From a virus (lineage: Duplodnaviria > Caudoviricetes), in the IMG/VR virus record IMGVR_UViG_3300009481_003534, positions 1-50,599 of that record: 50,599 nucleotides of DNA. One strand, written 5' to 3'. The notes beneath the pieces are model-generated. The model saw only the letters and a program-made list of their open reading frames with translations. It was not told the DNA's origin and made no database searches. Below, piece by piece: positions 37,580 through 46,662 of this stretch. A program made the position numbers and the translations under genes. How positions within the stretch are numbered: position 1 is the stretch's first letter; each line of letters starts with the position of its first letter.

Positions 37580-38727
37580 TGTTTGAAGAAATTAAAGAAT
37601 TTTTCAGTGAGACTGGTTTCACAGAAGAGTTAAGTGAGGCCAACTTTGTAGTTCCTAATGACGAAGACTATGTTGACTTTGGAGAAAACACCGAAGAATG
37701 GGATATTGCTGAAGGCAAACCGGGCCTTTGGGATAATATTAGAAAGAAAAAAGAAAGAGAAGGAAAGAATTATAAACCGGCAAAGCCGGGAGATAAGGAT
37801 AGACCTAAACCAGACGCTTGGAAAAAAGCTCAAAAGCCAAAGAAAAAATCTGAAGATGCAGGATATAAAAAGAAGAAGAAGAAAGAGGATGCCGGTAAAA
37901 AGAAATCTCAAGTAATGGATGCTCCAGAGCCTGATGAGGATCAAACGCCAAGTTCAGCCATGAAGAAAAAGTATTCTATGGGTGATGCTGATGTATTTGA
38001 TAATCCCGGAGAAGCGATGAAAAGAGCAAAAGAGCTTGGACTGGATGAAGTTCATACCCATAAGACCGATGATGGCAAAACTGTTTATATGCCGGGCAAA
38101 ACGCACGAAGAGTATATGAAAAAGACTACGACAAAGGGTCCTCATCATTACAAGAAAGGCTATGGAGGACACATGGGATATAAATATGAAGACCCTCAAA
38201 CTGGTGAGATCTACATGTTTAAGAGAAGGGGAGTTTATAAAAAGAATGGTCGAGTCCTAGTTCCTGTATCAGGCTCTAAGGCTCACAAAGCTGGGCCGAT
38301 GGAAGACCATATTTTTAGAACTAAAGAAGCAGCCATGAAGTTTGCTAAAAGGTTTGATGACTTGAGCAATAATGTTCATACTACAAAGACTGGAGATGGG
38401 ACTGTTCTTTACATTCCCGGCAAGGATGAAAACGAGTTTAGGAAATGGTATCGTGCTCACAAAGGCGAAGATGCTAAGGGCGCAGAATATCAAGGCAGAA
38501 AAGTCACTCTTAACAAACCTTTCAGAACACCTGATGGGCCAAAGAAGATGTCTGTATATGTCAAAAATGAAAAAGGCAATGTAGTTAAAGTCAACTTTGG
38601 TGATCCTAACATGGAGATCAAAAGGGATAATCCAGCTCGAAGAAAAAGTTTCAGAGCTAGACATCAATGTGACACTAATCCCGGACCAAAATGGAAAGCC
38701 CGTTATTGGTCATGTAAAGCTTGGTAG
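37579..38727 (+). CDS. modular Lys-rich phage protein with internal repeat
   Basis: Acidic N-terminus; two H-T-x-K-T-x-D-G-x-x-x-Y-x-P-G-K repeats; C-terminal AEYQGRKVTLNKP...RKSFRARH.C...YWSC module. Confidence 0.75.
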   Translation: MFEEIKEFFSETGFTEELSEANFVVPNDEDYVDFGENTEEWDIAEGKPGLWDNIRKKKEREGKNYKPAKPGDKDRPKPDAWKKAQKPKKKSEDAGYKKKKKKEDAGKKKSQVMDAPEPDEDQTPSSAMKKKYSMGDADVFDNPGEAMKRAKELGLDEVHTHKTDDGKTVYMPGKTHEEYMKKTTTKGPHHYKKGYGGHMGYKYEDPQTGEIYMFKRRGVYKKNGRVLVPVSGSKAHKAGPMEDHIFRTKEAAMKFAKRFDDLSNNVHTTKTGDGTVLYIPGKDENEFRKWYRAHKGEDAKGAEYQGRKVTLNKPFRTPDGPKKMSVYVKNEKGNVVKVNFGDPNMEIKRDNPARRKSFRARHQCDTNPGPKWKARYWSCKAW

Positions 38728-38736
38728 GAAAAAAAT

Positions 38737-40044
38737 ATGAAGTGTAAAGGAAATAAAATTGGTCGTCGCTCATTCATGCATGTTGGTATGTTGGGCGGCG
38801 TAGGACTGGGCTTATCGGATTATTTTAGGATCAAAGAAGCTCAAGCAGATCAGAAATTCTATGAAAGTATTGAAGGGCCAGCTAAGTCTGTCATCTATAT
38901 CTACTTGCCCGGAGGCTCTGCTCATCAAGAAACCTTTGATCCGAAGCCTCTTTCTCCTCTGGAGTATCGAGGCCCAATGTCCAGTATCGAGACGAATGTT
39001 CCCGGCATCAGACTTAATGAGATGATGAAAAACACCGCAAAGGTGATGGATAAGATTTCAATTATTCGTAGCATGACACATGGAGAAGCAGCTCATGAAC
39101 GAGGTACACATAACATGTTTACTGGCTATAGACCTAGTCCAGCACTCCAATATCCTTCCATTGGTTCAGTGGTTGCGCATGAGTTTGGACCACGTCATAA
39201 CTTACCACCTTACGTCTGTATCCCCAATCAGCCTAACGAATTCGCAGGAACTGGGTATCTAAGTAGCTCTTTTTCAGGATTTAGCTTAGGCTCTGATCCC
39301 GCTAGTGATGGATTTCAGGTAAGAGACTTGAAGCTTCCTAATGGAGTTAATGACGGCAGGTTTGGAACTCGACGTAAAATGCTTGGTGCTGTAAACGATT
39401 ACTTTGCAAACAAAGAAAAATCAGACTCTCTTGATGCTGTAGATTCTTTTTATGATCGTGCGTATAGCCTAATAAGCAGCGAAAAAGCTAGAGATGCCTT
39501 TGACATAAATAAAGAAGATTCTGCCACTAGAGACAGGTATGGCAGAAACACCGCTGGAGCTAGGATGCTTCTGGCTCGTCGGTTAGTCGAAGCTGGAACA
39601 AGGTTTGTCACACTCACTTATGGTGGCTGGGATATGCATGATAATATTGAAGCTGGAATAAGAAGACAGGTTCCTGCTTTAGATCAAGGCTTAGCAGCTC
39701 TTATTGAAGACCTAGACCAAAGAGGTCTGCTTGATTCTACATTAGTATGTCTTGCGTCAGAGTTCGGAAGAACTCCAAAGATAAACGCCAACTCAGGAAG
39801 AGACCACTGGCCTAAAGTGTTTAGTACATTAATGGCTGGCGGAGGAATAAAAGGTGGCGTAGTATATGGTAAGTCAGATGCTACCGCTAGTGAACCAGAA
39901 GAACATGCTGTAACTGTAGAAGATTGGGCCTCTACGATATATAATAGGGTAGGCATTGTCCCTGACAAAGAGCTTATGGCTCCCGGAGATAGACCTATTG
40001 AGATTGTAGATGGTGGTAAAGTCATTCAAAATTTAATTATTTAA
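38737..40044 (+). CDS. DUF1501 family protein, Tat signal (copy 2)
   Basis: RRSFM, YLPGG..HQETFDPKP, ARRLVEAG, GGWDMH, EFGRTP, GRDHW. Confidence 0.92.
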   Translation: MKCKGNKIGRRSFMHVGMLGGVGLGLSDYFRIKEAQADQKFYESIEGPAKSVIYIYLPGGSAHQETFDPKPLSPLEYRGPMSSIETNVPGIRLNEMMKNTAKVMDKISIIRSMTHGEAAHERGTHNMFTGYRPSPALQYPSIGSVVAHEFGPRHNLPPYVCIPNQPNEFAGTGYLSSSFSGFSLGSDPASDGFQVRDLKLPNGVNDGRFGTRRKMLGAVNDYFANKEKSDSLDAVDSFYDRAYSLISSEKARDAFDINKEDSATRDRYGRNTAGARMLLARRLVEAGTRFVTLTYGGWDMHDNIEAGIRRQVPALDQGLAALIEDLDQRGLLDSTLVCLASEFGRTPKINANSGRDHWPKVFSTLMAGGGIKGGVVYGKSDATASEPEEHAVTVEDWASTIYNRVGIVPDKELMAPGDRPIEIVDGGKVIQNLII

Positions 40045-40065
40045 TTTTTTAGTTTGGAGATAAAT

Positions 40066-40260
40066 ATGAAAAAAAGAATTCCATTAATAGCTATTATTGT
40101 AGTAGTTGCAATATGTATTGCGAACAAAGATGAAATTAAACAAATGTTCAACAAAGGAGAAGACGCTGTGATTTGTGAAAGTTGTGTAGACCAATGCCCT
40201 TGCGTAGACGCTGAATGCATTTGTGAAAATTCGTGTAAATGCCCTAAGTGCATCGCTTAA
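40066..40260 (+). CDS. small membrane-anchored protein with metallothionein-like Cys-rich tail
   Basis: GGAG RBS; MKKR plus hydrophobic helix; 9 Cys in the last ~28 aa. Confidence 0.7.
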   Translation: MKKRIPLIAIIVVVAICIANKDEIKQMFNKGEDAVICESCVDQCPCVDAECICENSCKCPKCIA

Positions 40261-40273
40261 TTGGAGGTATAAA

Positions 40274-41557
40274 ATGCTTAGCTTATCGAGAAGAAGTTTT
40301 CTATCGGTTGGAGGTCTAGGTGTCCTCTCCATGCCACAGGTATTACAGGCTCAAAAGATTAATGGTACATCACATAAAGCTGTTATCAATATCTTTCTTG
40401 GAGGAGGCCCTCCACATCAAGACATGTGGGATATAAAGACGGAAGCGCCATCAGAAATAAGAGGACCATTCAAACCGATCCCGACCAATGTGGCGGGACT
40501 GCAGATCGGAGAGTGTTTCCCTAAAATAGCTTCTATATTTGATAAGTTCACAGCAATTCGCTCAGTAGTAGGTTCGGATGGTTCACATGACGGGCACCAG
40601 TGCGTTACTGGATGGAGTCGTAAAGACATGGTGTCTGGAACTAGTTACCCCGCTATTGGAGCGTGTGCCTCTAAGATTCTTGGACCTGTTGACCCTGCTG
40701 TGCCAGTTGCAGTAGGGTTGGCAGATCCAACGCAACATGCGCCTTGGTCAGAGGCTGGTGGTGCTGGATACTTAGGCGATACACATAAGCCATTTAAGCC
40801 AAATGGTGAGATGATGAAAGACCTGAAGCTTAATATGCAGGTTGAAAGATTCAAAAACCGCAAAGAATTATTGACAGGATTTGCACAACTCAATACAACT
40901 ATAGATAAGGCGGTCGATGTAGACACCTTTACTGAAGAAGCTTTTGGGGTGCTTACATCAAGCTCTTTAGTAGATGCTTTAGATTTATCAAAGGAAGATC
41001 CAAAGATCAGAGAAATGTATGGTGACGGCAAACCATTTAAGTTTCAGTATGACGGAGCGCCCACAGTCAATGAGCATGTTCTTATGGCACGCCGCTTAGT
41101 GTCTGCTGGGGCACGCTCTGTCACACTGTCATATGGAAGATGGGACAGTCACGGTGATAACTTCGGATTAGTAAGGGATCATGGGGGTAAGCTAGACCAA
41201 TGCGTTTCTGCTCTCGTCACAGATCTCGACCAACGTGGTATGCTAGATGACACTCTTGTTGTAGTGTGGGGGGAATTTGGTAGAACCCCTAAAATTAATC
41301 CAAAGGGAGGTCGTGATCACTGGCCTCAAGTTTCTGCAGCATTGCTAGCAGGAGGAGGATTCAATCATGGTCAGATTATTGGATCTACAAATAGATTAGG
41401 CGAAGTTCCTGAGACTAGACCCGTACATATTCAAGAAATTTCCGCTACCATGTATAGGGCATTGGGCATTGACACTATGTCCACAACACTATTGGATAAC
41501 ACTGGAAGACCTCAATATCTTCTAGATCATAGAGAGCCGCTGAAGGAGTTAATTTAA
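40274..41557 (+). CDS. DUF1501 family protein, Tat signal (copy 3)
   Basis: GGAGG RBS; SRRSFL, FLGGGPPHQDMWD, WDSH, GEFGRTP, GRDHW. Confidence 0.92.
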   Translation: MLSLSRRSFLSVGGLGVLSMPQVLQAQKINGTSHKAVINIFLGGGPPHQDMWDIKTEAPSEIRGPFKPIPTNVAGLQIGECFPKIASIFDKFTAIRSVVGSDGSHDGHQCVTGWSRKDMVSGTSYPAIGACASKILGPVDPAVPVAVGLADPTQHAPWSEAGGAGYLGDTHKPFKPNGEMMKDLKLNMQVERFKNRKELLTGFAQLNTTIDKAVDVDTFTEEAFGVLTSSSLVDALDLSKEDPKIREMYGDGKPFKFQYDGAPTVNEHVLMARRLVSAGARSVTLSYGRWDSHGDNFGLVRDHGGKLDQCVSALVTDLDQRGMLDDTLVVVWGEFGRTPKINPKGGRDHWPQVSAALLAGGGFNHGQIIGSTNRLGEVPETRPVHIQEISATMYRALGIDTMSTTLLDNTGRPQYLLDHREPLKELI

Positions 41558-41841
41558 TGGTTAAAATAAATGACTGGGTCCAAAGAACAAAGTTTCCACT
41601 TGAAGGCAACGCACCATTCGACTGACACGAGTACTCTATCGCACAGGTTGTGCGTATCGACAAAGAATGTGTAGAAGTCGATTTCGCATGCACTTGCATG
41701 ACTTTCGATGGTAGTAGCAAAAAACTCTGGAGCCATGGAGAGTATCTTCCTCTTGATGACGAATCTTATGCAGAACATAAAAAGGCACACGATGCGTGCT
41801 GTATTTTTGGAGAAGAACTGGAAGTAGATTATGCAGCGTAG
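41557..41841 (+). CDS. 94-codon ORF interrupted by one in-frame TGA (pseudogene, readthrough or Sec)
   Basis: TAATG coupling to the upstream stop; frame continues through TGA at 41623-41625 into track ORF 41650-41841. Confidence 0.5.
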
Positions 41842-43048
41842 AAATTTTTTAAAACATCTATCAGTGTTCCCTACGTTATCTTTAATAGAATCTCTTAGGG
41901 CTAATGAAGATGAGCTAAAGAAGAATGGCAAGTCAGCTATCTTGCTATGGATGGGAGGTGGTCCTTCAACAATGGATATCTGGGACTTGAAGCCGGGCGC
42001 ACCTACAGGAGGCCCATTCAGACCTATCAACACATCTGGAGATGTTCAGATCTGCGAACACATGCCTCTTATGGCAAAGCAGATGCATAATGCTGCGATT
42101 ATTAGAAGTATGAGTACTAGAGAAGCGGATCATATGCGCGGAAGATACTACATGCATACAGGCTATGTCCCTAATCCAAATATGACTCATCCTAGCTACG
42201 GGTCTGTTATATCTCATCAGCTGCAAAGGCCGGAAGTTTCTATTCCTAAATTTATCTCCGTTGGGGGAGGAAGTATGGGAGCTGGCTTCTTAGGTGCTAA
42301 ATATTCACCGTTCGTTGTTAATAGTGACGGTAGAATAAGAAACCTAGATATGAAAGCAGATCAAAGGTTTTATCAAAGAGCGTATGCACTAGACGCTATA
42401 GAAAGTCAATTTATAAATCAAAGAAGGGGCTCAGCAGCAAAAGAGCATCAGGCAATATTAAAGGAAGCTTTTAATGTTCTTACAAGCTCACAAATGGATG
42501 CGCTTAAAGTTGCTGGAGAGCCTGAAGATGTAAAAGAAAGATATGGAAATAATGGTTTTGGCAAAGGATGCTTGATGGCACGACGACTAGTCGAAGCAGG
42601 AGTTCCATTTATTGAAGTCAATCTTGGGGGATGGGATAATCACCAGAATATACACCCCATGTTAAGAGACACAAAATTGCCTATGCTCGATCAAGGAATG
42701 AGCGCTTTGTTTGAAGATTTAGAACAAAGAGGGTTAATTAATGACACTGTGGTTATTTGGATGGGAGAGTTTAGTAGAACTCCCCGCATCAACCAGAACG
42801 CCGGACGTGACCACTGGGCGCGTAGCTGGAGCGTTGTTGTTGGAGGAGGCGGAATGAACGGAGGTATAGCTATTGGAGAAACAAACTCCGATGGAACTAG
42901 AGTTGAAACAGAGCCGCATACATCACAAGATGTTATGGCATCTGTATGTAAAGCTTTAGGCATTTCGCTTGGCACAACATTTACTAGCAATAATGGCAGA
43001 CCTATGAAAATTGCCAATTCTGGTAAGATTATTAAAGAATTATTCTAA
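41831..43048 (+). CDS. DUF1501 family protein, Tat signal (copy 4)
   Basis: RRNFL, WMGGGPS, ARRLVEAG, GGWDNH, GEFSRTP, GRDHW. Confidence 0.92.
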   Translation: MQRRNFLKHLSVFPTLSLIESLRANEDELKKNGKSAILLWMGGGPSTMDIWDLKPGAPTGGPFRPINTSGDVQICEHMPLMAKQMHNAAIIRSMSTREADHMRGRYYMHTGYVPNPNMTHPSYGSVISHQLQRPEVSIPKFISVGGGSMGAGFLGAKYSPFVVNSDGRIRNLDMKADQRFYQRAYALDAIESQFINQRRGSAAKEHQAILKEAFNVLTSSQMDALKVAGEPEDVKERYGNNGFGKGCLMARRLVEAGVPFIEVNLGGWDNHQNIHPMLRDTKLPMLDQGMSALFEDLEQRGLINDTVVIWMGEFSRTPRINQNAGRDHWARSWSVVVGGGGMNGGIAIGETNSDGTRVETEPHTSQDVMASVCKALGISLGTTFTSNNGRPMKIANSGKIIKELF

Positions 43049-43350
43049 TGAAATTTTATAGAAATGCAGTCTATGTCCTAGCAACACTTTGCTTTGTTAA
43101 TATGTTACAAAGCGCATACATATATAAAAAGCTAGCCGAAGTAGAAAAAAGAAAACCTATACAAGTAAGTATACCTATTTCTGCAGAGCTTCAACAGCTG
43201 CCTATTCATGCTAAACTCAGAGATACTCAAATAATGCAAGCAATTCTTATGACGCATCACCAACTCGGCATACACAAGCCGGGCTCTCAACCAATGTGTC
43301 CGATGTGTCAAGATTCAGAAATGAAAACCATAACTGTAGAAAGTAATTAA
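43048..43350 (+). CDS. small membrane-anchored protein
   Basis: N-terminal TM; HH..H and CPMC near the C-terminus. Confidence 0.65.
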   Translation: MKFYRNAVYVLATLCFVNMLQSAYIYKKLAEVEKRKPIQVSIPISAELQQLPIHAKLRDTQIMQAILMTHHQLGIHKPGSQPMCPMCQDSEMKTITVESN

Positions 43351-44021
43351 TGGCTAGAAGAAAAAAAGTGACGACACAGAACGAAAGACCTCAAAGAAGA
43401 AAGTCTTTAAAAGCAAAGACTGAGAATCAACAAATCTATATAGACGAGATGGAAGAGTCAGATGTGACTTTTTGCTCTGGCCCTGCTGGATCAGGAAAAA
43501 CTAGTGTCGCAGTAGGATTGGCATGTGAATATCTAATGTCAGAAAAAGTAAAAAAAATAATTATAACTCGTCCTGTTGTTGAATCAGGAAGAGGGTTAGG
43601 GCACCTTCCCGGAACTCTAATAGAAAAAATAAATCCTTATCTAGTCCCAATCATCGAAGAAATGAATATGTATCTAACGTCTACTAGAGTAGATACTCTG
43701 AGGGATAATGGAACTATAGAGCTTTGCCCCTTAGAGTACATGAGAGGAAGAAACTTTCATGAATGTTTTATGATTCTAGATGAAGCTCAGAATGCTACCT
43801 TTGAACAAATAAAAATGTTCATAACAAGAATAGGAAGAAATTCTAAGGCTGTAATCAATGGAGATCTGAAGCAGACAGATCTAGGAGATGCTAGCGGAGG
43901 CCTTGAGAGATGCATGGATACGCTAGAGCTTGTTGAAGGCGTAGGTATCTGCGAACTAGATTATTGCGATATTATACGCAGCGGTATTGTTGCAAAAATT
44001 CTTAGAAAATTGCACGGCTAA
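43350..44021 (+). CDS. phoH: PhoH-like ATPase
   Basis: GPAGSGKT, RPVVE, LPG, YMRGR, DEAQN, GD..QTD. Confidence 0.95.
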   Translation: MARRKKVTTQNERPQRRKSLKAKTENQQIYIDEMEESDVTFCSGPAGSGKTSVAVGLACEYLMSEKVKKIIITRPVVESGRGLGHLPGTLIEKINPYLVPIIEEMNMYLTSTRVDTLRDNGTIELCPLEYMRGRNFHECFMILDEAQNATFEQIKMFITRIGRNSKAVINGDLKQTDLGDASGGLERCMDTLELVEGVGICELDYCDIIRSGIVAKILRKLHG

Positions 44022-44078
44022 ACCTGTTTTAAGAGTACAATAGTATATAGACTATTAAAACTTAATCTAGGGAATGTT

Positions 44079-44459
44079 ATGCCTGAATATAGTTATGCCT
44101 GTGATGCTTGTGACCACAAGTGGTCGATATTCTGTCACAGATCTGAATACAAGGAAAGTAAGAAGTGTCCTTGCTGTAAAAAGATAAAGCCTGTCCATAG
44201 AGACTATGAGGAAGATAATGTCTACGGCAGTTACAGCTACTCGTTGTCTGAGACAAAAACTATTGGTCATTATGCAGACAAACAAAGCAAGAAGCTTGGT
44301 AAGAACAAAGTTGAGGACATGGTTCAAGATCAAAAAACTAAGAAGAAGGACACTCTGTCCGAGAAGCTCCCTGATGGCATGTCTAAAATGAGCAGACCAA
44401 AAGAATCTCCTAAGTGGACAAAAGAGTCAACAAAGAAAAGAAGAAAGAAGAATAGATAA
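44079..44459 (+). CDS. FmdB-family Zn-ribbon protein
   Basis: MPEYSYACDACDH...CPCC. Confidence 0.8.
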   Translation: MPEYSYACDACDHKWSIFCHRSEYKESKKCPCCKKIKPVHRDYEEDNVYGSYSYSLSETKTIGHYADKQSKKLGKNKVEDMVQDQKTKKKDTLSEKLPDGMSKMSRPKESPKWTKESTKKRRKKNR

Positions 44460-44839
44460 TGTTTCATAAAATAAATGAAGACAAGCAGGTTAACGCCGGC
44501 AAAGGCGTTGAGCTGTACACAATATCAGGAAAGCAGTCTTGGAAATGTGATGCTGGATACCCCAGACTAGACGATGACAAAGAAGAACATTTTGATTGCT
44601 ATGCAAAGAAAATCACTGTTGGCAGCAGAACAAAATTCTATGTCAAGAGAGGACGGCACGGAAAGCTTTTCAATCCTATTGGCATGTACTCAGAGGGAAT
44701 GGCAAAAAAGCAGCTTCGACATGCCGGTAGACCTGAGTGGGAATTCAAAGAGACTAACGAACAAGTTTTTACTAAATATATTAAGTTTTTGAAAACCAAG
44801 AACACAGCTTGGTTGAACAATGCAGAAAGAGAATCATAA
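44459..44839 (+). CDS. hypothetical protein
   Basis: TAATG-coupled on both sides. Confidence 0.75.
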   Translation: MFHKINEDKQVNAGKGVELYTISGKQSWKCDAGYPRLDDDKEEHFDCYAKKITVGSRTKFYVKRGRHGKLFNPIGMYSEGMAKKQLRHAGRPEWEFKETNEQVFTKYIKFLKTKNTAWLNNAERES

Positions 44840-45135
44840 TGGGAAAGCTATCAAACGCAAAGAATTTAACAAAGACAGAACAGTATGCGATTGAAGGCAT
44901 GTATGACAATAACATGTCTGTCAAAGAAATTGCTAAGGCTTTGGCAAGAGACGAAGACTTAGTTCAATCTTTTGTAGATACGCTAGAGTTAGAGGAAGAA
45001 ACTCAGACGACTAAAAGCTCGCATGAAAGCAAAGGCTTTGTAGTGATGACAGAGGCGACTTCTCAAAGAGTTGACAACGTAAGGCAAAACATGCCTAAGC
45101 CAGCAAGACACTCGGCTATCCACACTATCAATTAG
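44839..45135 (+). CDS. helix-turn-helix protein
   Basis: LTKTEQYAI...MSVKEIAKALAR; TAATG-coupled start. Confidence 0.7.
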   Translation: MGKLSNAKNLTKTEQYAIEGMYDNNMSVKEIAKALARDEDLVQSFVDTLELEEETQTTKSSHESKGFVVMTEATSQRVDNVRQNMPKPARHSAIHTIN

Positions 45136-45141
45136 ATAGTA

Positions 45142-45216
45142 AGGGCTACATTCTCGCCCTAACCAGTAAGTTTCAACCCTTCTTATCTGCGAAGAGAGTG
45201 GATTTCCAAAAGGGTT
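45142..45216 (+). ncRNA. double-pseudoknot motif copy C
   Basis: AGGGC[tacattctc]GCCCT; CAGTAAG/CTTA-t-CTG; CATTCTC pairs with GAGAGTG; AACCCTT pairs with AAGGGTT. Confidence 0.75.
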
Positions 45217-45248
45217 ATTTTTCAAAACTTATTTTAAGGAGTAGAAAG

Positions 45249-45683
45249 TTGGCAAAAAGTAGAAGCGACAAAAGCCGTTACCCCTCTCGATACTCTCCGG
45301 GAGGTTGGGTCTCGGCATCTCAGTATATAACAGAACTAGTCTGTGAGAAAAAAGCGCAGAGGGAGAAGAAAGAACTCCCTATGAAGTTCTGGGAAGATAA
45401 GGAGTGGTGCAAGTACTATAAGTATCAGATCACTCTAGCTAATAAGCTTATAAAGCAGCATGGAGAAGAGGCAATAGTCGCTGCTCTCAGAGATAAGAGG
45501 TGCTGGTCTACATATTCTTTAAGATCGCCCTTTCTAAAAAAAATAATTGAAGAAAAAGCGCAACAAGTTATTGAGCGTCCGGCGAGTACCGAGTATAATA
45601 TCAATGACGCAAAAGAAGTTAAGCATAAAACAAACAATAATAAGAAATCAATTATTTCTAAGTTAAGGGATTTGGATGAGTAA
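45249..45683 (+). CDS. hypothetical protein upstream of recA (TTG start)
   Basis: AAGGAG RBS then TTG at 45249 (MAKSRSDKSRY...). Confidence 0.72.
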   Translation: MAKSRSDKSRYPSRYSPGGWVSASQYITELVCEKKAQREKKELPMKFWEDKEWCKYYKYQITLANKLIKQHGEEAIVAALRDKRCWSTYSLRSPFLKKIIEEKAQQVIERPASTEYNINDAKEVKHKTNNNKKSIISKLRDLDE

Positions 45684-46662
45684 AGACATTATCAAAGAGT
45701 ATGGTAATGTCCTTCATGATCCCGCCTCAATAACAGAAAGACCACTAGAAGTCTTGTCTGTAGGTCCTAAGCTAGATATAGCTCTTGGAGGAGGCGTGCC
45801 TGAAGGATCATTATTTATTATGACTGGCCCAGAGAAGGTCGGCAAAACTGTAACAGCTCTCACCTTTTGCGCTAATGCACAGAAGCATTATGAAAGAAAG
45901 GTGTACTACGCGAACATTGAAGGCCGTCTCAAGAAGAGAGATTTGCAAGGCATCACAGACCTAAGTCTAGATGCAGAGAAAGTGCAGATTATTGGATCTA
46001 CAGAGGGCAACATTCTATCTGCGGAAAAGTACCTCAGCATTATTGATAACATTGTGCACACGCAGCCGGGCTCTCTAGCCATTGTTGACTCGTTCTCAGC
46101 CTTATCGAGTGAATCTGAGCTTACTGGAGACCTGTCAGACATGCAGGTCATGAGTGTGCAGAAGGTTTTGGCAAAATTCTGCAGAAGAATCTCTAACGTT
46201 CTGCCAATCAACAGAGTGACAGTAGTTGGTATTACACATCTGATGGCTAATCTCCAGAGATTTGGTAGAGGAAAAGCCAAAGTAGAAAAGTCTGGCAGTG
46301 CGCTCAAGTATCAAGTAGATGTAAAGCTACATGCAAGTCACTCAACTGCTCTTATGCAAGGAGACACACAAATAGGCCAAACGGTACATTGGCAAATTAC
46401 AACATCTGCGATTGGGCCTCCGGGACAGAAAGTTGAAAGCCATATTAGATACGGTAAAGGTATCTGGAAAGAGATGGAGATGGCAGACCTAATGATAGAC
46501 TTTGGCCTAATTTCCAAAGCTGGAGCATGGCTTAAGCTGCCAAATGGAGAAAAGATTCAAGGTAAAGTCAATTTGGCAAAATACTTGGAAGAGAATCCAG
46601 AAGAGTATAATAATTTTAGAAAAGAAGTTTTCGAGATGGTAGGGATTGATTATGAAAACTAA
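45676..46662 (+). CDS. recA: RecA/UvsX-like recombinase
   Basis: LDIALGGGVPEG, Walker A GPEKVGKT, IVDSFSAL, GSALKY, KAGAW. Confidence 0.88.
   Translation: MSKDIIKEYGNVLHDPASITERPLEVLSVGPKLDIALGGGVPEGSLFIMTGPEKVGKTVTALTFCANAQKHYERKVYYANIEGRLKKRDLQGITDLSLDAEKVQIIGSTEGNILSAEKYLSIIDNIVHTQPGSLAIVDSFSALSSESELTGDLSDMQVMSVQKVLAKFCRRISNVLPINRVTVVGITHLMANLQRFGRGKAKVEKSGSALKYQVDVKLHASHSTALMQGDTQIGQTVHWQITTSAIGPPGQKVESHIRYGKGIWKEMEMADLMIDFGLISKAGAWLKLPNGEKIQGKVNLAKYLEENPEEYNNFRKEVFEMVGIDYEN

Noticed and set aside
45198-45248. GTG inside motif C as the true start of the downstream gene
   Set aside because: It is in frame only for this copy; the equivalent codons in A2, B3 and D2 hit stops. AAGGAG plus TTG at 45249 is the better start.
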